A stretch of DNA of 63,884 bases, counting the filler, from Octopus bimaculoides (lineage: Eukaryota), in assembly GCF_001194135.2 (NCBI RefSeq). It is 6 parts of 6 records of this genome, joined end to end, with 100 filler letters (N's around TTAATTAATTAA, not from the genome) between each part and the next. Parts side by side here need not be neighbours in the genome. Positions count along the whole stretch, not along the records: positions 1 to 14,257 come from NC_068989.1; 5 more parts are not named here. The stretch is one strand, 5' to 3'. Positions 1-11,071 of this stretch are shown one piece after another. Position 1 is the stretch's first letter; the number at the start of each line of letters is the position of its first letter. A program made the translations under genes and the position numbers. The notes under the pieces were generated by a model. It worked only from the letters and a program-made list of their open reading frames with translations, was not told the origin of the DNA and did not search any database.

Positions 1-1031
1 AATTGATCCACATTTGTAGATTATTTTTAAATACAAAACATGACATAACATTTCTATGACATAACATTTCTATGACATTCGATCTAGTACATGGAGGTTC
101 AAGGGAGTGAATACAAATGCTTAAAATAAAATAAACGAAAGGAAGAGAGAATAGGAAAGAACAGGGCCTCGAGAAGAGGACAGAAGGCACAATATATTAA
201 AATCATACCATCTTCCAGCATTGAGCTTTGAAGTCGATAGGCAAAAGAGTGTAATAGCAGTGGTCTAGGGAAACATCTACGGGCTATTTCTATATAAAGG
301 GGCAAAAAAGATATTTAAATAGTAGTGAAATGTAGTTAGCACTAAAAAAACATAAAAATTACCAATATGTCTAGAAATAGAATAGCACTTATGATATCGT
401 CAATAGGGCTAGTTAAGATTTATCCAAATAGAAAGTCGTAGGTTTCTTACAATGATGCACTTACTGAAATATTATACACTCTACCACCTGTTGTCCCCAA
501 TGGAATTGACCAAAGTCAATCCATCTCTAGAAATGGCAAAAGTTAAAAAGTTTTCAGGAGATATGTAAATGAAGAGAACGAACCAGTAAATAAAGGGTAC
601 GGAGGAGAACATTATGATATACATGGTACGAGGCCGACTATTGCTTTCTGCAACTTCTCAACATAACATTAATAATCATAAAATGAATAGATAAATAGTG
701 TCAAACTGTTATAATTTTTTATAGTTAAGGGGAGACAACAAGTACAAGAGGTGCATACGAATAGAATAACTTACTAAAAATAAACCTGAACCATACATCC
801 TAGATTGCCCTAAAATTCCAAATGGTGGTAATAATGGGCGAACAAGTAAAAGTGTACACGTACCTAAGAAAATTCTACCCAATAGGTACACAAAACCTCA
901 AACATTTAGTCGCTTAAAAATAAAATTTAAATCACATTCTAATTACTACCATTGGTTACACTCTCCATGTTCCAACACAGCTTACTTGCTTAATATGTAT
1001 TACATTATCCTACTATCTAAACATACTGGTT

Positions 1032-1778
1032 TTCCGAGGCACAGGTGAAATTTGATTTAATCTTAATTATTTCACCTTGTTTAAAGTGCAACTCTGAACC
1101 CTCCATAAGGTGAAGGCAAGTACCATAGTTAGGTCGGCCACATTTTTTCACTTTTGGTTCAGTTGTTAATGGATACAGTCTTGCGCTGGTGTATATATAT
1201 TTTTCAGTGATTTAGGTTGCATTTTACTTTTGATAATTTTGTGTGAGTCTAAAATTTTGTTCATTGTTTTATCTCTTTTGATGATGGGAAGATTTTGGAT
1301 GATAACGTTAAAGGCTTCGTTGTTTCTAGGGTTATGTGTGGAGATGTATGGGAGTATTTTAAAGTCTGGTTTTGTATTTCGGTTGACTTCCCTTAATATG
1401 TTTTTATGTCTATTTCCTTAGCTCGTTTGATTCCATCATTTATTAAAGATATTGGCTAATGTCTTTTGATTAGTATTGATCTGAGTTCAAGGGGTCTTCG
1501 TTCACGAGTATAGGAGTCCGAAACTATGGTACAGATCATTTTCGCCAGATTATAAGGTATATTAATTTTTATGTGTTTGGAGTGGCATGAGTTGAATAAT
1601 AGGTATTGTTTAGAATCTTTTTGGTTTATAGAAGATGTCTGTTTCAATGTGGTTATTGACTATTTTAATTAGGATGTCAAGAAAAGGGAGTTGTTTGCTG
1701 TGTGTTCCATGGTGAATTGTATGTTGCTATTAATATTGTTAAGAATTAGTTTGAAATCGAAGAGTTTGTCCATTCTGT
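1032..1778 (-). mobile_element. Inverted partial copy of the same Penelope element (RT end to GIY-YIG start)
   Basis: Reverse complement aligns with ~4741-5472 (e.g. 1151-1190 vs 5311-5350). It abuts the upstream pLTR, the typical tail-to-tail PLE arrangement. Confidence 0.92.
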
Positions 1779-2110
1779 ATCTCCCTTACACATAATCTTT
1801 TTACTAAGGGACTAATAGACTTGACACCGTTCAGAATTCGGTGTACATTCAAAGCAATGATTAGTAATATTACGAAACCGATATGCTTTTAAATCTCTTT
1901 AACAACTCCCAATAATGACTTTTATTACATTTATTCCTACCTCAGTTCATCTAATTGTATATATCTATCGTTACTTTTCATAAAAAGCCTTAACTTTTCT
2001 TTTGATTTCCAATGTGCATCTTCGCTTATTTTTCTGCTTACTTTCCCCTAACATTTCCACGTGTAGTCTCTATTTTGTTTTTGTAACATATTTCTATTAT
2101 ATTTTATTAC
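1779..2110 (+). repeat. Penelope pLTR, upstream copy
   Basis: atctcccttacacata...gtaacatatttctattat recurs at 5875-6203 with scattered substitutions and indels. Confidence 0.9.
1851..1889 (+). ncRNA. Minimal type I hammerhead ribozyme-like motif (A3:U8 core variant) in pLTR
   Basis: AAAGCA (stem I) - ATGATTA (core 3-9) - GTA ATAT TAC (stem II) - GAAA - CCGA - TA (site after 1883) - TGCTTT (stem I'). Confidence 0.7.
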
Positions 2111-3000
2111 TCGTGAGATTGAAAATACCACAAATAACAAACTCTTCAGATAAACCTCTCAACGAAGAGACTCTTAAGGAACTGAAAGAGATCAACACGA
2201 ATTTGAAACTTTTAATTATTAAGATTGATGAACTTACTCGATTTACACAAGAGGCAAGAGAAAAAGAAGAGAAAGAACAATCCCTGGAAGAGCTCAATCA
2301 ACATCTGTCCGAATTATGCACCACTCTTCACTCTTTACCTCATAATAATTACTTAAATGAAAATCCACCTTCAGATGATACACAAGATAGAACCCCCTCC
2401 ACGCTTATTTTATCAATTAAAAACCGCATTATGCACATATGGAATGAAAAACTTAAAGCCAGAAAATTTTCTTTCTGGAACATGATCAAAAACAACCACA
2501 AGGCAGAAATTTATGAACGCTGGTTAAATTCTACACCTATAATTCTACCCCATAAATTCCAAATTAAACGCATTCCAAACGAACAGGACAAACAAAGACA
2601 ATTAAGGGAGAAACTAACACTGGAAAAAATGAAGAGAGAAATAGAACTCCATAAGCTTAGAGCGCTGAGCAATGAACAGAAATTTAAAAACATAGATGAG
2701 GAAATCTACAACGAACTAAAGAAGCATTCAGATGGTCAACGCTTGGAAAGTGTCTTTAAACTGTGGAAAACAGCTTGTGAAGCTGAAGAAACAAGCTCGC
2801 TACAACGATGGGAAAAGCATGCTGATTTCTTTATTAACTACGAAACACAGTTCAACATAGAATACGCATCGGAGAACCCCTTCCTGAAGAAAAATAAACC
2901 AAAAACATGCACAGAAATGAACCCACGCTTATCTAACACAAACCACAGACGGTCAAGGGGAAACAACTCCACCGTTCCAACCTATTACATCCCAAAATAA
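2002..3000 (+). pseudogene. Penelope ORF N-terminal segment (charged, coiled-coil-like)
   Basis: 332-aa open frame starting in the pLTR, rich in E/K/L heptad-like runs, collinear with the downstream PLE RT. Confidence 0.6.
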
Positions 3001-3849
3001 CTTACAAACAACAATAAGGAATTCAGCCCACAATAGAAAATCTGGACGTAATCCTCATGGCATCCTACATACAAATCAAAGGTTCCATCGAAACCTCCAG
3101 ACTAACCTAAACTTTTGGGAACCAATACCTACCAATCCACCTCCATCATCTCACAATAAATAGAAGAATTCACCTCCGAGACTTAACCCTCAACATGGTT
3201 ACTTCAATCAGTCAACAAGACACAACCTAACTAGGCACCTTAACTTCTCCCTCCACCCACAATACAATATTAAAAATAAATTTAACCCTAACCACATCAA
3301 CCATAGACAATATAACAACCCTCAGTACAATCATAATCTAGCCCGCTTCACAGTCATTCCACCACCAACATATTAGCACAGACGCACTTTACACCCATTT
3401 TCTCCTCAGCAAACAAAACACAGTACAGACTTTCCACAACAATCCACTTACTACAGCCATTTTTTAGACCTAAATCAGAAAAACAAAGATGTGAAATGGA
3501 ACAAAATGTACAAGAACAAACGAAAATAATCAACTTATCATAGAAAATCCTAAGTGCTACACAAAGTAAAATTCTAGCAAGAGGTCTATAGTTTACTCCA
3601 AGCGTTCGCAGATCGAACCCAAATGAAATTAAGGATAACTCTATGGATTTCTGCCTAAAATTACGCCTCACAGAAGCACTTCACAACTACAGCAGCGAAG
3701 ATGAGTCTATAGTAAAAAGCAAAAGTGAATACTGTCCTATAGAGGGCAGAAATAAAGCACTTGATGCTTTTTGTAAACACATTACCAGTTTTCCTTTTAA
3801 TACCCTACAAAATCAACGAATTAAATCCAACTTTAATGTAAATGATTGA

Positions 3850-5003
3850 AAAGACCTAATCGAGTTAAAAAATGATATAAACCTCACCATTAAAGAAGCC
3901 GACAAAGGAAGTGCGGTAGTGGTGATGGACACAGAGTACTACAAAAAGTTAATATTCTCCATGCTGGAAAATAATATTTACTATGAGATGATAGTACAAT
4001 AAAACTCACAGAAGACTCTTAAAAACTTAGCCTCTTTACTTCAAATACATGGAAAGGGCCTCACTAAACATGAAATTGACTATTTAACCAATTTTAAATA
4101 TAGACCTAGTCTATTCTATGGATTACCTAAAATACACAAAAATCCACATATTTGTAAAGCTTGCAAAGTTTCTCCAAGCCTCTGCATTAATGTTCCTCCC
4201 CTACTGACCTCAAACTGAGACCCATTATTGCTGGCCCTGCTTGTGAAACCCACCGGTTGAGCAACGTTTTCTACATCTTACTCAAACCGTTTCTAAAATA
4301 TGTGAAAAGCTTCATCAAGGATGACTTAGTTATGCTAAACCACGTCCCGAAGACAATAAGGGAAGGAACCCTATTAGTATCATTCGATGTGGTGAATGTG
4401 TACACCAATATCCCAAACGATTATGGTATAGAATCGATCACCTTCTGGCTAGAAAATTACCCACAAGAGATCCCAGGGTGCATCAACCACAGAATCATAA
4501 TCGCAGCACTCAAATTCATCCTACTGAACAACTATTTCATGTTCGATACAGCTTATTATCGACAAAAATGTGGAATTGCAATGGGAACCCGAGCTGCGCC
4601 AGTGATTGTGGACCTTCTAATGGGTTACCTAGAGTTTAAAATATATCAATCATCATTACAAAAATATGGCACCTCTTTTCATTGCTATTTAAAGGAGAAC
4701 TGGAAGAGGTATTTGGACGATTGTTTTATACTTTGGAAAGACAGCATGGACAAACTCCTCGATTTCGAAAAAATGTTTAACAATGTTAATAGCAACATAC
4801 AATTCATCATGGAACACAGCAGTAAACAACTCCCTTTTCTTGACATCCTAATTAAAATAGTCAATAACCACATAGAAGCAGACATCTTCTATAGACCCAC
4901 AGATTCTAAACAATACCTATTATTCAACTCATGCCACCTCAAACACATAAAAATTAATATACCTTATAATCTGGCGAAAAGAATCTGTACCATATACTCG
5001 TGA
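3850..5003 (+). pseudogene. Penelope reverse transcriptase, frameshifted
   Basis: ORF 4257-5003 has SFDVVNVYTNIP, GIAMGTRAAP, WKRYLDDCF, LPFLD, YRPTDSKQYL, PYNLA; upstream motifs lie in other frames. Confidence 0.92.
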
Positions 5004-5238
5004 TCGAAGACTCCTTGAACTCAGATCAATACTACTCAAAAGACATTACCCAATATTTTTAATAAATGATAGAATCAAACGAGGTAAGGAAATAGACATA
5101 CAAACATTAAGAGAAGTCAACCGAAATACTAAACCAGACTTTCAAATACTCCCATACATCTCCTCACATAACCCTAGAAACAACGAAGCCTTTAACGTTA
5201 TCACCCAACATCTTCCCATCCTCACAAGAGATAAAACA

Positions 5239-5745
5239 ATGAACAAAAATTTAGACTCACACAAAATTATCAAAAGTAAAATGCAACCTAAATCACTGAA
5301 AAATATATTAACCAGCGCAAGACTGTATCCATTAACAACTGAACCAAAAGTGAAAAAAATTGGCCAACCTAACTGTGTTACTTGTTTCCACCTTATGGAG
5401 GGTTCAGAGTTCCACTTTAAACAAGGTGAAATATTTAAGATTAAATCAAATTTCACCTGTGCCTCGGTAAATCTAATCTATGCCATTACATGCTTAGGGT
5501 GCAGTATCAACTATATTGGCCAAACAGGAATTTCACTCCGTAGAAGAACCACTCTCAACAAAGAACAAATCCGCGACCCACATTACAGACAGATACAGGT
5601 CAGTGGACACATGGAAAGGTGTGCGAGGAATCTTAATCCTAATTTACTAATTTTTTCCTTTCTATCAATGTTCACAGAACACCTCAACACAACAAAGAAT
5701 GAATAAAGAGGCATTTTTCATTAATAAATATCTTCCTCAACTAAA
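5239..5745 (+). pseudogene. Penelope GIY-YIG endonuclease, degenerate
   Basis: CVTC, then FTCASVNLIYAITCLGCSINYIGQTG..LRRR; terminal EAFFINKYLPQLN in another frame at ~5709-5747. Confidence 0.9.
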
Positions 5746-5874
5746 TATGAACACATAACATAATATAGAACACTACTAATCTTCCATTTAATACCACTAA
5801 CCCCCATACATCCCATACACCATTCACCTTACAGATCCAGATCTACCCTAATTGCACCGAATTCAGAACTACTT

Positions 5875-6203
5875 ATCTCCCTTACACATAATATTTTTAC
5901 TAAGGGACTAATAGACTTGACACCGTTCAGAATTCGGTGTGCATTCAAAGCAATAATTAGTAATATTACGAAACGGGTATGTTTTTGAATCCCTTTAACA
6001 ACTCACAATAATGACTTTTATTACTTTTATTCCTACCTCAGTTCATCTAATTGTGTATATTTATCGTTACTTTTCATAAAAAAAAGCCTTAATATTTTTG
6101 ATTTCTAATGTACATTTTCGTTTATTTTTCTGCTTACTTTCCCCTAACATTTCCACGTGTAGTTTCTATTTTCTTTTAGTAACATATTTTTATTATATAT
6201 ATA
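5875..6203 (+). repeat. Penelope pLTR, downstream copy
   Basis: Direct repeat of 1779-2110. Confidence 0.9.
5947..5985 (+). ncRNA. Hammerhead-like motif, second pLTR copy (G5A)
   Basis: AAAGCA-ATAATTA-GTAATATTAC-GAAA-CGGG-TA-TGTTTT. Confidence 0.6.
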
Positions 6204-7076
6204 TTGAAAGCCACGCAACCATTTCCAAGTAAATATCTGTGTTAAAACTGAATATCAGGGTTATTTTCATTTTTGCGTTGTTTAGACGAGAGTTTATTCA
6301 CTGCACTCTGTATATCAATAGACTATATANNNNNNNNNNNNNNNNNNNNNNNNNNNNNNNNNNNNNNNNNNNNNNNNNNNNATATATATATATATATATA
6401 TATACAAATATATATCCCTATACATCTATAGCGATGTGTATATATATTTCTTAGGTTGTGAAAATTCATTCTAAATCATATTACCAAACATAAATATATT
6501 AATGTCTTGCTTTGACGTAAATTCATATAGCGTTCAGTGACGTAGCTCAGCTTCAGTGATTGTTTGGTATATATGTCCTCAATTCTAAGGAGAACGGTGA
6601 AGTCAATTTTCTCTGTAGTATTTCCATTATAAAAAGTGGTATTTGATCACGTAGGTACCTACAATCTCAATTCATTCCTCTGTTATGTATAGTGAAACAG
6701 AGGTATCAAACTGATAATGTCATAATATCCCAATTTCAGTATGATATATTGACCACAAAGTTGTTTTTTGAATTGTTATTAGGCAATATTAAAGAGTACA
6801 TCAATTGGATGGTAAAAAAAATTAGAGGAGGATATTTTACGTAATGTGGCGCAGTTTTTATATCTCATTTGGAACTTCAGTACTGAAGCATTTTGAGAAT
6901 CAGTTGTACTACGAAATTTTTAAGTAGCAACGAATGGTTTTGTGGTACGATATTTGATAATTGATAGGGTAGCTAGAAACAGTGTGCAAACTATGCGTCA
7001 TAATATTCCGTCAATGTTTGCGCTTACGTGTTTGTTTCCTTTATTAATTGTGTCAAATATTATCACAAGTGATATC

Positions 7077-7122
<46 letters not shown>

Positions 7123-7136
7123 CAGATAGATAGATC

Positions 7137-7180
<44 letters not shown>

Positions 7181-7268
7181 CGGGCATACATACATACATC
7201 CATACGTACATACATACGTACATATATACATGCATACTTACATACACGCATACATATATACATACATA
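7077..7268. repeat. (GATA)n followed by (TACA)n microsatellite
   Basis: Direct reading. Confidence 0.95.
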
Positions 7269-7807
7269 TATTGAGCCATGCCATATATAATGTGTTTTTT
7301 CGTCGAGCTCTTCCAGGACGAAGCTCGTCCTCGTCCTGGAAGAGCTCGACGAGGACGTCTTATAAACCCTGCTGGAACACAATCCCATTGTACCTGCAGA
7401 GGAACGAGCAAACTATCTTGGATTTGGTCATTTACTTATTCATCGACACCATACAGTGAGGATGAAATTCCAAAGGCTGGAACAGATTGAATGGGAAAAC
7501 ATGCCCCATCCACCATATTCGTCGGATATTGCCCCCATCTGATTATCATTTATTCCGCGGCCTTCCAAATCATTTGCACGGAAAATACATGAATTTTGTA
7601 GACGATGTCAGTACAGTACTGGAGGAGTATATTTCCGCATGGACAAGTGAGTTTTGAAAGAGGGACCTTACAAGTCTACCAGATAGATGGAAGAGCATTG
7701 TAGAAAATGAAGGAGAGTGTATTTGAAATTAAAAACATATCTTTGTTTTAATTTTGAAAATAAAATGAGTATGATAAGAATGCATTATTTAATGGGATGA
7801 CATAATA
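7269..7807 (+). mobile_element. Internally deleted Tc1/mariner DNA transposon
   Basis: TA-flanked degenerate TIRs (TTGAGCCATGCCAT.. vs reverse complement TTATGTCATCCCAT..). Transposase remnants EWENMPHPPYSSDIA-PSDYHLF (1-nt frameshift) and LPDRWKSIVENEGE. Confidence 0.9.
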
Positions 7808-8726
7808 TGTTTTGAAATATTCTTTTAATGTCGATATTTACTTCTATCAAATTAAGATCAATTTACCAGAATTACTGTACTCTTACAGCCCAGAATAAAG
7901 CCTAGAAAATATAACTGATGTAACATCAACGGTTAATATATTTTGAACGGATGTTATCCACTCGTTTCTAGAAGCCTGTGTATAATGAAATCGATAAGGT
8001 CTCGGGTGCAGTATATTAGTTACTACTAGAACGTCCTCTTTAACTACAGAATTTACATTTAAAATGTAGTACAAATAAGTATGCAGTATTCCTGCCAAAC
8101 TTTGAGCCTTGAAATAGTTAAAAATCTCACACAAGCTGATTAAGAGTATAACACATGAGACAATCGAAATACCAGTTTTACAATGATGCCATTGAACTGC
8201 AGTCACTCTAAACTTACTCAAGTATAAGTTCATCAGTATGGGAGCAAACAAAGTGCCAAAAGCAAGATGAGAAATGCCCCCTTCCGAACAACATGCAAGG
8301 AACATTATCAACTATTGCACAAACGCTTCCTCGCATATTCTTAATGCATATTAAAAAATCAAATAAATACTAATGGGCTGTGAATATAATTAGTTGTTTA
8401 TATTGTTTCCATATATCTTAGTGTGTTAATAGTGCTGTAAATATGTAAAGACATTAAAGGTAATAATGACATCCACTCTCTTAAGCATACGGTGAATAAA
8501 GATTATAAAGACAATAAACGTTTAATAGTTATGAATATGATTGGTAATGTATACTTGTTTCCATATATAATACATGGGTGCTGTAATGCTGATAAAATAG
8601 CTTTTAAAAATTTTAAGGAGATATATTTTTGCTTCATATTCAAAACGATTATAAGAAAAACATCTTGCTATATCTTGTTGCATACAATCAATAAATAAGA
8701 GAATATATGTGTGCGTGCGTATTTGT

Positions 8727-8761
<35 letters not shown>

Positions 8762-9559
8762 TGCCTTCGTTTCTGTGTGTCTATGTGCATGTGTGTGTGT
8801 ATGTGTGTGTGTGCTTGTGTGTGTGTGTATGCGCGCGCACATTTTAATAAACACTTGAATAAGCTTAAGTTCCTGTTTATAGATATACGGCTATTGATTT
8901 CCTGGAATATTTATTTTTTTCCTACTATTCTGTTTTTTATCTCTACATCTACGTATACTGAAATATGAAAGCGGAAAAACTACAAATGACTGTACCGAGA
9001 ACAAAAGTTTATCGCAAAATCTAAATACATCCGAGCCGCAACATTGGTTATTGTAAATATCTATTAATTGTCAATAGAAATTTTCACGAAATTACATATA
9101 GAAAAGTCTGTAATACACAATTTCAGAAAAAAATAGAGGAAAACAGAATATCCAAGGAGCTAAGTATGCATTCTGGATTATATAGATTAAACTTTGCAGT
9201 TCATTTCGACAGTTGTGTAAGTATTGTAGCAATATATTTTTGTTACTGAAACTTTCAAAACGTTATCGAAATATGCACCTCTTCAATAAATTTATACTAT
9301 ACACAATGATTTTTCTGAAAGTTATATACATACTTTAGAAATATCTTCTACTTTGCAGCAATTCCAAAGATGAAAACTAAGAAACTAAAATATATATTTG
9401 GGTGATGTTTCCATATACTTTTGGACACTTCAATAATAAAAAAAAAACATTTTCTGAAAATGCGGATAAACAATCAATTTGAATCATATGAACGATGTAC
9501 GGCAACACAATTCGCTTAGAGTTTACTTATAACAACACAATGGAATCTTTGCTTTTCTC

Positions 9560-10110
9560 CTAGAGGACATCCTGAAGGCATGAATGAGCTGGTGAGCACC
9601 AACAGAACACGGAGAAGGAATTCGGGTAACACCTCTAAAAGCCTTCATGGACGACACTACAGTATTTTTATAAAGGAGGATGAAGCATGCTAGATGCTGA
9701 AACAGTTAGACAACGTAGCTGCATCTCCCAGAATGAAGCTGAAACCAAGGAAATCCCGAAAACGAAATTAGCAGAAATGGTTGTTTTCACCTTAGCCAAC
9801 CAATATAGCCCAACAGTTTCAAAGGAACCAATAAAGATGAGAAAAGAGGAGCCAAAACTAAACAAATGACGGGAAAAGCCTACAGTTCATTGAGAAGTAT
9901 ATCTCTCTGGTAAATAGGAGGTTTGGTTTTTGTAGCTCATCTTGATCCTAAATCTCTTATCATCAGACTATATACGATAACAGTATTAGTATATGGGAAG
10001 CTTTGGAGACCATGCAGACCAAAATCAGTTTTAGTACAGAAATTCGTACGAGAGTTATCAATCGCCGTTCTCGGTAAATTTTGGACGCAGCGCACAAAAT
10101 ACCGGAGGAT
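9560..10110 (+). mobile_element. Degenerate non-LTR RT fragment, HERO/R2-group-like
   Basis: AMNELV...PLKAFMDDTTV (AFMDD at 9641-9655), RMKLKPRKSR, FTLANQYSPTVSKEPIK resemble the HERO-type RAFMDDLTV / RMSFKPAKSRS / IPSVTEKPVK pattern as recalled. Confidence 0.55.
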
Positions 10111-11021
10111 ATAATGTAAAGGATTTTGTTGGACTCTCAAGTGATACTAATCAAACTTGACTCTGTCATTTGAGTAAAGAGTGTGATTATAATTTTGAGT
10201 TCTTAGATCAAAAAGAAATCAGAAAATTGCATCGGAGAAAGAATATAAAATATATTTAAAAAATGGATATTAGAAAGATATGTCTGAAATTATCCGGAAG
10301 ATGAAGAGTAATTCTATTTTGATACAGAAAAGGTTACGGTGCCTACGCCGTAGTATTCAATCAATGATTTTAAAAAGACTGAGAGTAAAATAATGACATT
10401 TGTCGACAAGTAATCGCATTTGTCGGATATGTTCTAAGTACAAGATATATGAGCTATACAGATTATTTAAAATGAATATCAGTACACCAAATGCGGGGCA
10501 AGATATATGAGAATATAGGGAATATCAGGAGGACAGGCAATATTCCAAATAAATTACATACAAAATAATACATTCCTTCATTATTTGTGAAAAAAGTTTG
10601 CGATACAATGATTGATAAGAGCTACAATGAACAACAGCTCAGTAAAAAATAGAAAGTGGTTCCGTAAACATTCATAATATTCTCAATTAAGCTACAAATG
10701 CAAAATTGTGAAAGAACTAGGATCATATGCAGTGACATGAGTGGTATAAGGAAAGGTTGTGTAAATAATTAACGCGTCTCAAAGCTGAATTACGAGCAAG
10801 TGACAAAAAATAGAGAAGTTTATATATCTCATGCGGGATATCAGAACGATGCGTTATTATTGTAGAATAACGTAGGAGCAATAAAACCACAGAAGTGATT
10901 TACGTTTCTAGGAAAACCCCTCTATGTTTATAAACACTGAAGCCTTGTTCTTTTCTCTTCAAATATTATGCAAAATGGAAATGAATATGGCATGCATGTA
11001 TCAGTTCGTGGCTATTAATGC

Positions 11022-11071
<50 letters not shown>

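Larger units (their letters stand above)
1779..6210 (+). mobile_element. Penelope-like retroelement (PLE), decayed, with direct pLTRs
   Basis: PLE motifs in order: IKEADKG (~3890), FYGLPKIHK (~4115), LRPII (~4215), GIAMGT, RYLDD (4710-4721), then GIY-YIG LIYAITC..NYIGQTG. Flanked by ~325-bp direct repeats. Stops and frameshifts split the ORF. Confidence 0.95.

Noticed and set aside
7883-8311. 142-aa minus ORF with LAFGTLFAPILMNLYL, faintly like an RT motif
   Set aside because: No YxDD or other RT motifs at the expected spacing and no splice or homology support.
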